DNA from: Acidobacteriota bacterium
GTDB taxonomy: Bacteria; Acidobacteriota; CAIWXX01
NCBI GenBank assembly: GCA_040755995.1
Contig: JBFMAF010000024.1
Span: forward strand, 128,001-192,000
Direction: 5' to 3'
DNA length: 64,000 nt
Shown: piece by piece, positions 49,857 to 59,574 of the stretch
How the letters are laid out: the number at the start of each line of letters is the position of its first letter
Position numbering within the stretch: position 1 is the stretch's first letter
Notes under the pieces: generated by a model
Database searches by the model: none
What the model was told of the DNA's origin: nothing
Seen by the model: the letters and a program-made list of their open reading frames with translations, nothing else
Position numbers and translations under genes: made by a program

Positions 49857-49904
49857 GGAGACACGGTGACGCGGGGACGCGGAGACACTGCGACACGGAG
49901 ACAC
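49857..49904. repeat. Octamer tandem repeat (GGAGACAC/GGNGACGC x6)
   Basis: GGAGACAC GGTGACGC GGGGACGC GGAGACAC TGCGACAC GGAGACAC. Related runs near 37488-37520 and, reversed, near 17757-17790. Confidence 0.7.
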
Positions 49905-51446
49905 GGGGAACTGAGCACCGAGAACTGCCAGCAAACCATCAATTCCGAGTCCCAGCGCCTGCGTCACCGGCTGACCGCATGCCTGGTGGTGGCTGTGGTT
50001 GCAGCCCTGCCCATCGGGGTCTATTGGGGAGCCCTCCACGCAGGCTTCTTCTCCGACGATTACACGTGGCTGGGGCGGATGGAGCCCACGCTGCTGAAGC
50101 CGGTCTATGTGTTCTCGATCTTCTACCGCGACTTCAACCCGATGCTGCACGCGAGCTTCGTGCTGGACTATGTCGCAGGCGGAGGCGGCCCGGTGGCGTT
50201 CCATATCACGTCGCTCGCCATTCACGCGGCTTCGTCGGCTCTTCTCGCCGCTCTGTTGCTGCGAATGGGGATCGGGCTATGGACCGCCGCTGCTGCGACG
50301 CTCTTGTGGGCGCTCAACGTCAGGATCTCGGAATGCGTAATATGGCCGTCGGCCCGTGGACACTCGCTCGTCACCCTCTTCGTTCTCGCAGGGATGCTTT
50401 GCCTGCTGGGGACTCGACGCTGGCGCATCTGGGGGACTGCGGCCATGTTCCTGTTGGGACTGCTCAGCAAGGAACTCGCCTTTCCTCCAATGCTCGTGCT
50501 GCCCTTGATCGTATGGATGCGACGAAGGAGGGCGGGTGCTGGCTCGTGCAGCTACTCGGACCTCGTACCGACTGGGGTCCTGGCAGCGATCTTCATCACC
50601 AGTGAGGCGCTGCTAGTGCCTCCGGCGTACGCTCACAAGAGCCTTGGGGACCTGGCCTTGAAGGCTCCTTTCGTCTTGCTCCGGCCGATCGGTCTGGGCG
50701 ACATGTACACCTTCACCTTCGCCTCGCTAGGGCTGTTCCTGGCGGTGATGATCGGCGCCTTGCTCCTGCTCCGCCGTACGACAGCGCTCATCGGATTCGC
50801 CTGGCTCCTCCTCTGCTCGGTGCCGATCATCCCTCTGGAGAAGCTCTCCTCAAGGTATCTGTATCTGCTCTCGATCGGCTACGTCTTCGTCCTGTGCGGG
50901 CTGGTGGAGTGGGTCCGATCGAGACCAGGCTCGGCGGTGTTCCGGCGATTCGCCGCGGTGGGCGCCGTGACCATCGCCGTCCTCCTGCTGGCGGCAAACG
51001 GTGTCTGGACACAGCGTGAGATCGACGACTACACCGCGTTGTCCGAGCCATACGCGCGCTGCGCGCAGATCCTCCGGGTGCCGGCTCTCGAGCTTGCTCC
51101 GGCCGAGACGCTCGTGATCGTGGATGTCAGCCGCCGTGACGATGCGGCTGCGATGATGGCACTCGTCAAGAGTCGCGGGACGATCGCGAAGCTGATCCCA
51201 TACCGCGAGCACGCGGTAGGCGGGCTGATCGTCCTCCGCGATGCGGTGAACATCGCGAGACGCGGATCCGGTGGTCTGCTGGCCGCGCCGGTGGACCTGG
51301 CCGAACCGGGGCCGCTCCGCGTCTACGCGTACGATGGCCATGCGGTCTACAAGTTGGAAGCGTTGCCTCTGGCGCCTGCTGACCGTGTGTTCGCGGTGCG
51401 CCTCGGCCCGCCGTCTGCCTACTTCGCCAATCCCGGGAGAATCTGA
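49866..51446 (+). CDS. Polytopic membrane protein, GT-C/GT39-like glycosyltransferase
   Basis: TM1 followed by FFSDDY...FYR, then E...W.S.R, LLSKE and RYLY, with many TMs. Start codon uncertain. Confidence 0.7.
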   Translation: MTRGRGDTATRRHGELSTENCQQTINSESQRLRHRLTACLVVAVVAALPIGVYWGALHAGFFSDDYTWLGRMEPTLLKPVYVFSIFYRDFNPMLHASFVLDYVAGGGGPVAFHITSLAIHAASSALLAALLLRMGIGLWTAAAATLLWALNVRISECVIWPSARGHSLVTLFVLAGMLCLLGTRRWRIWGTAAMFLLGLLSKELAFPPMLVLPLIVWMRRRRAGAGSCSYSDLVPTGVLAAIFITSEALLVPPAYAHKSLGDLALKAPFVLLRPIGLGDMYTFTFASLGLFLAVMIGALLLLRRTTALIGFAWLLLCSVPIIPLEKLSSRYLYLLSIGYVFVLCGLVEWVRSRPGSAVFRRFAAVGAVTIAVLLLAANGVWTQREIDDYTALSEPYARCAQILRVPALELAPAETLVIVDVSRRDDAAAMMALVKSRGTIAKLIPYREHAVGGLIVLRDAVNIARRGSGGLLAAPVDLAEPGPLRVYAYDGHAVYKLEALPLAPADRVFAVRLGPPSAYFANPGRI

Positions 51447-51515
51447 GCCACCAGTGGAGGCCCGTACGGACGGGGGGACCGGTACAAGATCGGCCCGGGG
51501 CAAGACCGCTGTTGA

Positions 51516-51904
51516 CTAGTCCTTCATGTCCACCAGCGCACGCAGATGGTCTCTGAATTCTCGGTGTTGTCGAGACCGGCGCGATGAGATCTCATCGATA
51601 TTGAAGAACAGGTCAGTGCTGGGCGACTCCTTCCTGGCCAGATCCTCGTCCAGCTCCTTGACGCGCACGAGGGTCCAGCAGTGCGCGTACTTCTTGAGTC
51701 TGGCCTTCTGATGACTCTTTTCAGCTTCGCCCAGCCTATTGTGGATGTTCGAACGGTCCGAACCCCCCTTGATCTCGATGGCGACCAGATTACGATATTC
51801 CCCTGACTTCAGCCTCTCACGGATGCTGACATCGGGATCCGTCGCGAAACTAATCTCGACAAGCCTGCCTGCAGGTCGGGGATTGGCGTTCGGAGGCTGC
51901 CCAT
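51516..51904 (-). pseudogene. XcyI-family restriction endonuclease pseudogene (internal deletion)
   Basis: Manual translation gives AGRLVEISFATDPDVSIRE...AIEIKGGSDRSNIHNRLGEAEKSHQKA...CWT...ESPST. It has no in-frame start. ATG 51904 gives MGSLRTPIPDLQ in another frame. Confidence 0.8.
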
Positions 51905-52779
51905 GATGACTCAGGCGCCGATCGGGAACAGAAGCTGCTCGTCTCGCGAATCCGGGCGAGCGCCATCTCCACGTAGGCAGGATTGAGTTCGATCCCGAAG
52001 TACTTCCGGTGCTGTCGCACGCACGCCACGCCGACCGTGCCAGAGCCGAAGAACGGGTCCAGCACCCAGCTCGCAGGGGGAGCGCCCGCTAGCACACACG
52101 GCTCTATGAGTTGCAGCGGGAACGTCGCGAAGTGGGCACCGCGGAAAGGCTCGGTAGGAACTGACCAGACCGATCTGCGATTTCTCCCGTTGAACTCTCG
52201 GATTGCATCGGCGTTGTACAAGTAGTTCGGCGACTTGGAGAAAAGGAACAAGTACTCGTGTGCCCTGGTTGGCCGGTCCTTGACGCTCTCGGGCATGCAG
52301 TTCGGCTTATCCCAGATGATGTCTGCGCGGAGGTACCATCCGCAATCCTGCAGGGAGAAGGCGAGTCTCCAGGGCACGCCCACCAGCTCCTTCTCCTTCA
52401 GTCCGCGCGGGGTTCTTGGTCTGCACCTCATCTCACGGACTGGGTGCTTCTTGTCGGGCGCCCGGTAGGCCCGATTGCCGCTCGTATAGCTGTCCCCAAC
52501 GTTCAGCCAGAGCGTACCGTCCGGCCTCAGAACGCGCCGGACCTGTTCGAACACCTCGGTCAATCGTACAACATAGTCGTCTGGATCTTCCTCAGCCCCG
52601 ACCTGGCCCTCGATCCCGTAGTCTCTCAGACCCCAATACGGAGGGGAGGTGATACAACACTGGAAGAAATCGGGAGCGAGCGACCTGAGGACGGTCGCGG
52701 CGTCGCCCCGGCACACAGCCGACTCCGAGAGTCCTGATGGCGGGTCCGCTACGAGCCTGACACAAGGAGCTGCTTCCAT
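51850..52779 (-). CDS. N4-cytosine DNA methyltransferase, beta class (M.XcyI/M.Cfr9I/M.SmaI-like)
   Basis: TSPPYWGLRDY, PESVKDRPTRAHEY, HFATFP and LDPFFGSGT. Confidence 0.9.
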   Translation of the reverse strand: MEAAPCVRLVADPPSGLSESAVCRGDAATVLRSLAPDFFQCCITSPPYWGLRDYGIEGQVGAEEDPDDYVVRLTEVFEQVRRVLRPDGTLWLNVGDSYTSGNRAYRAPDKKHPVREMRCRPRTPRGLKEKELVGVPWRLAFSLQDCGWYLRADIIWDKPNCMPESVKDRPTRAHEYLFLFSKSPNYLYNADAIREFNGRNRRSVWSVPTEPFRGAHFATFPLQLIEPCVLAGAPPASWVLDPFFGSGTVGVACVRQHRKYFGIELNPAYVEMALARIRETSSFCSRSAPESSWAASERQSPTCRQACRD

Positions 52780-52795
52780 GCTTTCAATCCATCGT

Positions 52796-52824
52796 ATCGT
52801 AGCGGCGAGCGGGCGGGTTTGCAA
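52796..52824 (-). promoter_or_regulatory. Sigma70-like promoter of the methyltransferase
   Basis: Minus strand TTGCAA-N17-TACGAT, 16 nt before ATG 52779. Confidence 0.55.
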
Positions 52825-52904
52825 GGCATCCATCCCTGTCGGGTGTGATCGTTTGCCCTTGGTGAGTTACCACCTCCTTCGGCCAGCTACCGACGGGTGT
52901 TACA

Positions 52905-52994
52905 TCCGCGGGATCACGCAGATTGCGGAGATGGAAATCGCCTTCAGGCAGGGGTCACATCTGCGAAATCCGCGAAATCTGCGTCATCTGCGGA
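52905..52994. repeat. Inverted arrays of a 9-mer (ATCTGCGNN)
   Basis: Right arm ATCTGCGAA ATCCGCGAA ATCTGCGTC ATCTGCGGA. Left arm TCCGCGGGATCACGCAGATTGCGGAGAT approximates its reverse complement. Confidence 0.7.
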
Positions 52995-53171
52995 TCTCCG
53001 TGTTCGCTGCCATCGCCGCCACCAGCCTTCACCAAAGCCTTTGTACCACGCCCGTCCTTGTCTCCTCATGTCCTTGGCTCGATGTTCATGCCGTGGCCTG
53101 GATCAGGGATGCCCGAGGCTCGTCGCTGAGCATGCACAAGGGGTCGGGGCAGGCTGTGATAGCATAGCGGC

Positions 53172-54116
53172 GTGAAGTACGTCGCGCTGATCGGGATCCT
53201 CGTTTTCGGGATCATCATCTGGCAGACCGACTTCCACGCAGTCGGGAACATCCTGCTCGCAGCGGACCTGGGGCTGCTGGGTCTGTGCGTCGCGCTGCTC
53301 GTCCCGACCTTCTACCTCAAGGTGCTCCGCTGGCGAGTCCTGTTGCGTCTCACCGGGATCGATCTTTCGCTTCGGCGGTGTGCGACGCTTTACCTCGGGA
53401 GCATGTTTGTGGCCAGTGCCACCCCGGGAAGGGCGGGCGAGCTGGCGAAGGTCTACTTCGTACACAAGGAGAAAGAGGTGCCGGTGGGTCGTGCCCTCAC
53501 GAGCACCATCGTGGACCGCTTGATGGAAGTCATCGTGCTGTTTTTTCTGGGTGTAGTCGGAGCGCTGCTGATGACCGCAGGGATGCAGAATCTGCTCTAC
53601 CCTGTGCTCGGGTTCTCCGTTGCGCTCGGAATCGTCATCCTGCTTATGCTGAACCGGCGGCTGGTGGATCTTGCGGTCGCGGTGATGCGCAAGACGGGAC
53701 TCCTGCGGAAGTTCCAGTCGGGCCTCGCCAGCGACATCGACCAGTTCTACGGCGCCATGCAGGACCTGCGCCGGCCGGGCCTCATAATGCCTGTGCTCTA
53801 CACATTCGTATCCATGTTCTTCTTCCTGTTGAACTGCGTGCTGTTCGGTAGAGCCCTCGGCATCGACATAGCTTCGCGCAGCGTTGTGATCATCGTGAGC
53901 ATTGCCAAGCTCGTTGCGCTGATACCCGTTACCGTGGCAGGACTCGGAACGCGCGAAGGCACCTTCCTCTACCTCTTCGGACTCGCCGGCGTCGGTCGAG
54001 ATCAGGTGATGAGCTTCTCGTTCCTCTACATATTCATGTTCAACATACTGGTCAACCTCGCGGGCGGCGTAGCATGGCTCTACTCGCCCATCCGAAGGAC
54101 GAAGTCTGAAGCATGA
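53172..54116 (+). CDS. Lysylphosphatidylglycerol-synthase TM / flippase-like (UPF0104) protein
   Basis: RW..LL, TPGRAGE..K, .DR..E and IP.T.AGLG.RE. Confidence 0.88.
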   Translation: MKYVALIGILVFGIIIWQTDFHAVGNILLAADLGLLGLCVALLVPTFYLKVLRWRVLLRLTGIDLSLRRCATLYLGSMFVASATPGRAGELAKVYFVHKEKEVPVGRALTSTIVDRLMEVIVLFFLGVVGALLMTAGMQNLLYPVLGFSVALGIVILLMLNRRLVDLAVAVMRKTGLLRKFQSGLASDIDQFYGAMQDLRRPGLIMPVLYTFVSMFFFLLNCVLFGRALGIDIASRSVVIIVSIAKLVALIPVTVAGLGTREGTFLYLFGLAGVGRDQVMSFSFLYIFMFNILVNLAGGVAWLYSPIRRTKSEA

Positions 54117-54126
54117 AGTGTGAAGT

Positions 54127-55332
54127 ATGAAAGCGTGGAGGGTCGGCTGGTGCGTCATCGTGGCGGCGGCTGTCTCGCTGCAGGCACAGGCTCTGGGACA
54201 TGCGCAGGGCAGCGCCGATGAGGTTGCAGCGAGAATCCATCGCGAGGCCGTCGTTGTGGATATGCATGCGGACACTCTGCTGCGCGTTCTCGACGCCGGC
54301 GAGGACCTCGGGTGGCGCACGGCGCGAGGCGACATCGACATCCCGAGAATGCGCGAGGGCGGGCTGGATTGCCAGCTCCTCGCCGCCTGGCCGTCTCCAG
54401 TGTTCAAGCAGTACGGCTTTCTCAAGCGAAGCCTCGACATGATTGATGCCCACGCGGGACTTGTGGAGAGCCATCCGCAAGATCTCGTGGCTGCGCGTAC
54501 GGTTGCCGACATTCGGGCGGCCGCCGCCGCAGGCAAGATCGCGACGCTCGCGGGGATCGAAGGCGGGCACGCAATCGAGAATGACCCGCGGATGCTGTCC
54601 ATCTTTGCCAGACTCGGGGTGCGCTGCATGACGCTCACCTGGGCCATGTCGACCGAATGGGCGGACAGCTCGGGAGACAAGGGCACGCATGGCGGGCTCA
54701 CCCCGCTCGGCAGGGACATCGTCCGAGAGATGAATCGGCTGGGCATCGCAGTCGACGTCTCGCACGTGTCAGACAGGACCTTCTACGACGTGCTCGATGC
54801 CTCTTCCAAGCCCGTCATCGCCTCGCACAGCAGCTGCCGGGCGCTCGCCGCAAGTGCGCGGAACCTCTCCGACGACCAGCTTCGCGCTCTCGCGGCGAAA
54901 GGCGGCGTCGTAGGGATCAACTTCTACCCGCCTTTCCTGGACGCGGCCTTCGGCAGGAGGCTCGACGCCATGAACCGGCGTCTTCTGCCCGAGCTCCAGA
55001 AGATCGACGCACAGAACAGGGGACAGCCCGGGCGCGCCTGGCTGGCGAGGAACGAGCTGGCGAAGGCCGAGGCTCGGAAGCTGCCCGGACGGGTGACTAT
55101 CTCGCGGCTGGTCGACCATATTGAGCACGCGGTGAAGGTGGCAGGGGTGGACCATGTGGGACTCGGCGCCGACTTCGACGGGATCGACGCTGAGATCGAA
55201 GGTCTGGAGGACTGCTCGAAGCTCCCGGCGCTCACCGCCGAGCTCATGAGACGAGGCTTCACCGAGCAGGAGGTCAAGAAGATACTCGGGGAGAACTTCC
55301 TGCGGGTGCTGAAGGAGATCATCGGGCAATAG
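54127..55332 (+). CDS. Membrane dipeptidase (peptidase M19), exported
   Basis: Signal peptide, DMHAD, IEGGH, VDVSH, ASHS, RNL.D, GADFDG and GENFLR. Confidence 0.92.
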   Translation: MKAWRVGWCVIVAAAVSLQAQALGHAQGSADEVAARIHREAVVVDMHADTLLRVLDAGEDLGWRTARGDIDIPRMREGGLDCQLLAAWPSPVFKQYGFLKRSLDMIDAHAGLVESHPQDLVAARTVADIRAAAAAGKIATLAGIEGGHAIENDPRMLSIFARLGVRCMTLTWAMSTEWADSSGDKGTHGGLTPLGRDIVREMNRLGIAVDVSHVSDRTFYDVLDASSKPVIASHSSCRALAASARNLSDDQLRALAAKGGVVGINFYPPFLDAAFGRRLDAMNRRLLPELQKIDAQNRGQPGRAWLARNELAKAEARKLPGRVTISRLVDHIEHAVKVAGVDHVGLGADFDGIDAEIEGLEDCSKLPALTAELMRRGFTEQEVKKILGENFLRVLKEIIGQ

Positions 55333-55394
55333 TGCTTGCTTTCACGCGCGCGGGCAGCATATAGTTGGGCGATTTTAACTGACGGAGGAGACAC

Positions 55395-57452
55395 ATGGCG
55401 GCCTCAGGCGAGACCAAGCAACAGAAGCACCAGCCGTTCGTACCGAGTTCTGCGATCATGAGCGAATTCACCTGGAAAGCCGTGGTGCTGGGCCTCCTGC
55501 TCAGCGCGATCCTCGGCGCAGCCAACGCCTACCTCGGACTCAGGGCCGGCATGACGATCGCCGCAACATACCCTGCGGCAGTCATCGGCATGGCAGTGCT
55601 GAGGCTGTTCAAGGGCAACATCCTCGAGGAGAACATCGCTCGAACCGTCGGCTCGATCGGTGAATCCGTGGCGGCGGGAGCAATTTTCACGATCCCCGCG
55701 TTCGTGATCCTGAAGTTGTGGACCTTCAATACGTTGAAGGACTACCTCACCGCGACAGCGCTGATGATCCTTGGCGGGTTGATCGGAATCATGTTCGTGA
55801 CGATGCTGCGACGCGTGATGGTCGAAGACCGCGACCTGCCGTTTCCCGAGTCCGTTGCCGCTTCTGAAATACACAAGGCCGGCCAGCGCGGAGCCGAGGC
55901 GGCACTGCAGCTGTTCAAGGCGATGGGAGTTGGCGCCCTGATCAGGCTGCTCGGCGCGCTTGGGATCTTCAATGCCTCCAAGACATTTACCGTTGCCGTG
56001 GGCCATGTGAAGCAGAGCCTGGTGCGCCTCGGCCTGACCAAGGACGCAGGCTCGATCGCCGCAGGCGGTGTCACCCAGTTCTCCGCTCCGGCCGTGAGCC
56101 CCGCCTACGTCGGGGTCGGCTACATCATCGGCCCCGAGCTCGGTGCCCTGAACTTCGCAGGGGGCCTCCTTGCGTGGGGTCTTTTCGTCCCGCTGCTGGT
56201 GTTCTTTCTCGGCCCTGAGATGATCGACAAGTACGCCGCAGCCCAGCAGGGCAACGAGGCGAGGGCCTGGGCGGACATCGTCGACCACCTCTACCGGTAC
56301 ATAGTCCGGCCGATCGCGGTCGGAGGCATGTTGGTGGGTGCTTGCTACACTCTCTACCGCATGCGCAAGAACCTCATCGCAGGACTTAAGCGCGCCGTGA
56401 GCGACTTGAAGAAGAGCGCGGGGGCCCATGACACAACCGAGCGGGTCGACCGTGACATAAACTTCAAGACGGTCCTCTTCGTGATCTCAGCCTTGTTCAT
56501 CCTGATGGTCGGCCTCTATTTCTACTTCTCTCAGATGATCAGCGGAGCCGTGTTCGCGGCGATCGTGATGCTGATCACCGGGTTCTTCTTCGCTGCGGTA
56601 TCGGGGAATCTGGTCGGTATGATCGGTTCTTCGAATAATCCGATCTCGGGGCTCACCCTGGCCACTACCATCGTCGCTGCGCTGGTGATGGTCCTCGTCG
56701 GCGTGTCAGGGGCGCAGGGTGTCGCGGCGGTGCTGGGGGTGGCGAGTGTGGTCTGCGTCTCCTCGGCCGTCGCCGGCGAGATGCTGCAAGACCTCAAGGT
56801 CGGCCACATACTCGGCGGGACACCGTGGAAGATGCAGGTCGGCGACGTGCTCGGAGTCGTCCTGGCTGGCGCCGTGATGTTCTTCCCGCTGTATGTGCTG
56901 CACTTCGCGGACCTCCGCCAGAACCCCGCCTCCGGCGGCTTCGGCGGCACGAACCTCCCGGCCCCACAGGCGGGTCTCATGGCGGCGCTCTCGCAGGGCA
57001 TCGTCGGCGGCGAGATGGCATGGCCGCTCGTCATCGTCGGGATCGCCATGGGCATATCGCTAATACTCATCAAGGTGCGTAGCCCGATGTTGTTCTCGGT
57101 AGGCATGTACCTGCCGCTCGAGACGACCTTCGCCATCTTCGTCGGCGGCGTGATCCGCGGGATCGTCGACAAGCTCGTCAACAAGCGTGGATACAACCTG
57201 GCCCAGAAGGCGCGAGTCGAGAACGCAGGCGTCCTGGCTGCATCAGGGTTGATCGCCGGAGAGGCGCTGATGGGACTGCTGGTGGCCGCGGTGGTCTTCT
57301 TCCGTGAAGCCGGGTTCCCGACGGTGAGGCTCGCCATGGCAGGTCCGTTGGCCATCCCGGTCGCGCTCGTCCTGATCGCCTACTTGATAAAGGTGCCGAT
57401 ATCGAAGGCCGGAGCCCCCGATGAGCCCGCGCCGCCCACTGCCGTGATGTGA
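55395..57452 (+). CDS. OPT-family oligopeptide transporter
   Basis: AANAYLGL.AG, FPES.A, GSSNNPISG, QDLK.G, PAPQA.LM and ASGLIAGE. Confidence 0.93.
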   Translation: MAASGETKQQKHQPFVPSSAIMSEFTWKAVVLGLLLSAILGAANAYLGLRAGMTIAATYPAAVIGMAVLRLFKGNILEENIARTVGSIGESVAAGAIFTIPAFVILKLWTFNTLKDYLTATALMILGGLIGIMFVTMLRRVMVEDRDLPFPESVAASEIHKAGQRGAEAALQLFKAMGVGALIRLLGALGIFNASKTFTVAVGHVKQSLVRLGLTKDAGSIAAGGVTQFSAPAVSPAYVGVGYIIGPELGALNFAGGLLAWGLFVPLLVFFLGPEMIDKYAAAQQGNEARAWADIVDHLYRYIVRPIAVGGMLVGACYTLYRMRKNLIAGLKRAVSDLKKSAGAHDTTERVDRDINFKTVLFVISALFILMVGLYFYFSQMISGAVFAAIVMLITGFFFAAVSGNLVGMIGSSNNPISGLTLATTIVAALVMVLVGVSGAQGVAAVLGVASVVCVSSAVAGEMLQDLKVGHILGGTPWKMQVGDVLGVVLAGAVMFFPLYVLHFADLRQNPASGGFGGTNLPAPQAGLMAALSQGIVGGEMAWPLVIVGIAMGISLILIKVRSPMLFSVGMYLPLETTFAIFVGGVIRGIVDKLVNKRGYNLAQKARVENAGVLAASGLIAGEALMGLLVAAVVFFREAGFPTVRLAMAGPLAIPVALVLIAYLIKVPISKAGAPDEPAPPTAVM

Positions 57453-57574
57453 GGTGTGACGGGATATAGGCAGTCGGCGAGCAAGCCCCGTCTGCACAGA
57501 CTTGCTCGGCCCAAGCCTTACAGTCCCGGCGGGCTCTGCAGGCGTGACCCTGGCTGGCCTCGCGCCGACGCGGC

Positions 57575-58423
57575 TTAAGGCCTGGCGGGGCCGCCGGAGG
57601 CCTCTTCTTCGATGCCGATCTGCGGCGGGCTCGTCGGCCTGCCCTCGGCCAGCGGCACCCAGGGCCACGCCAGCCACTCGAGGATTGATGCCGGCAGCTG
57701 CAAGCGCTCGCTCCCCACGATCATGAACCGAGGCGCCGCCCAGACGACCTTCCTGAGTACCTCGGACGGTGTCCCCTCGGCGACCAGCGCCTCCCGGATC
57801 TCCGGCGGGAGAAGCCCAAGCACGACCTTCTCGCGCGGGGTCAGCTCGCGCTTCTCTCGTATCTTCTCGCGTATCTGCTCCGCCGTAGCAGGCTCGAATC
57901 CCGACGCACGGATCACATCGGCCGCGCGTGATTCCTCGGCGGGAGGAGGTGCCATCTCGAAATCGGCCAGGCTCACTCTGGGCGTGCGCACGCGGTTGCT
58001 GGTCGCGACCGCGAAGAAATGATCGTCGAACGCCAGGCCGATCTCGGCCATGTATTCCGTATCCGGTTCGACTATCAGCCACCACTCGCGCGCGACGCCG
58101 ACGTCGAACTGTACCCTGCTCTTTGACGCCACTCGCGTTACCTGCAGAGTGAGCTGTCCGCCGGTGAACCCGAGCTGTTCGGCTCGCCTGGCGGCGCGCT
58201 CGAGTCCCATCCCCGACAGCTCCCAGAAGATGAACACGCGGTATGGGTCGTGCACGAGCATACGGATCATGTCGAGCTGGTATGACTCCGGGAGCGGCAG
58301 GCCGGTGTCGACGTACTCTTCCTTCGCCTCCGGCTGAGCCGGCGACAACTTCCTCTGCGCCATCTCCTCAGGCGGCTGCAGCCAAGGGAGAGGATATAAC
58401 CCCTTCTCCTTCATGCGGGCCAT
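57575..58423 (-). CDS. DUF4912-domain protein
   Basis: LPESY....I.MLV.DP...F.FWE...WW......Y.AEIG...SN.V.TPR. Start uncertain. Confidence 0.75.
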   Translation of the reverse strand: MARMKEKGLYPLPWLQPPEEMAQRKLSPAQPEAKEEYVDTGLPLPESYQLDMIRMLVHDPYRVFIFWELSGMGLERAARRAEQLGFTGGQLTLQVTRVASKSRVQFDVGVAREWWLIVEPDTEYMAEIGLAFDDHFFAVATSNRVRTPRVSLADFEMAPPPAEESRAADVIRASGFEPATAEQIREKIREKRELTPREKVVLGLLPPEIREALVAEGTPSEVLRKVVWAAPRFMIVGSERLQLPASILEWLAWPWVPLAEGRPTSPPQIGIEEEASGGPARP

Positions 58424-58595
58424 GTTACTCGGATGATCCCCGAAATGCAACCAATCCCTGTGCGCAGAGCCTCTCACGACCACGATCACGACAACAAGAG
58501 ACCTCGTCGTGAGATGCTGCCATGGGGTAGAATAGGGGCTCGGAGAGTGACACGGCCTGGGCGAAAAATCGCACGAGATGGAGTTGCACTGAATC

Positions 58596-59522
58596 ATGGA
58601 TGGACCCGAAACGATGATGCAAGGCGATGGGGCTGAGATCAGCTATCCCGGGCTGTGGGATGCCGAGACGCTTCGGATGAATCTGGCTGCATGTTTGAAG
58701 GAGGTAGCGGAGGAGGTCGAGATACCGATGAAGCGCCTGCTGCGGCTGATGGAGCGGGACGCGCGGTATCGGGAGACGATGGAGAGTTGGGAGGCCCTGA
58801 ACGAGGCCGAACGGCTCAAGGCCTGGAAGCGGCTGGTGATTGTCGGGCAGGAGGTGCTGCAGGGGGCATCGGCGGAGTGCGCCCAGTGCGGTGAGTGCTG
58901 CTCCAAGGCAAGCCCGACGCTCCACCTGGAGGACCTCGAGATCCTGCGGAGCGGCGGAATTCCGTTGAGCCGGCTGGTGTGTCTCAGGAGAGGCGAGCCA
59001 GTGCGGTCGCCGTTCGAGGACGAGCTGTTCCACCTCGATGAGGAACGCATAAAGATCCGCGAGAAGCCGGGCACGACCGAATGCGTGTTCCTGGACGGCG
59101 CTACGGGCCTGTGCACGATCTACCCCGACAGGCCGGCCCAGTGCGAAGCCCAGGCGTGCTGGGACCCGAGCGAGGCCAGGGAGCTCTCGAAGCTGCCGCA
59201 TCTTACCAGACGCGATCTGTTCAACGAGGTGGACCTGCTCCTGGATGTTATGGCGATGCACGACGAGAAGTGCTCATTTGAGAATCTGCAGCAGGCATTC
59301 AGGCGGCTGGAGGAGACCGGCGGCGAGAGCGTTGACGAGGTTCTGAAGCTGCTGGCGTATGAGGACCATTTCCGGACTTTCATGGCGGAGCAGTTGAAGA
59401 TACCGGGAGACACCATCGAGCTGGTCTTCGGGCGCAGCTACGCTGACTTGACGTACCTGTTCGGTTTTCACGTGGTTCACGGACCAGACGGAGGACACTG
59501 CCTGGTGCCCGATCAAGACTAG
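58596..59522 (+). CDS. YkgJ-family (CxxCxxCC) cysteine-cluster protein
   Basis: CAQCGECC...C.FLD....C.IY..RP.QC....CW. Confidence 0.85.
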   Translation: MDGPETMMQGDGAEISYPGLWDAETLRMNLAACLKEVAEEVEIPMKRLLRLMERDARYRETMESWEALNEAERLKAWKRLVIVGQEVLQGASAECAQCGECCSKASPTLHLEDLEILRSGGIPLSRLVCLRRGEPVRSPFEDELFHLDEERIKIREKPGTTECVFLDGATGLCTIYPDRPAQCEAQACWDPSEARELSKLPHLTRRDLFNEVDLLLDVMAMHDEKCSFENLQQAFRRLEETGGESVDEVLKLLAYEDHFRTFMAEQLKIPGDTIELVFGRSYADLTYLFGFHVVHGPDGGHCLVPDQD

Positions 59523-59574
59523 GCAACTCCCGGCAGAGAGACGCTCTGGTTGGACGCGACTTCGGAGGTGCTCG

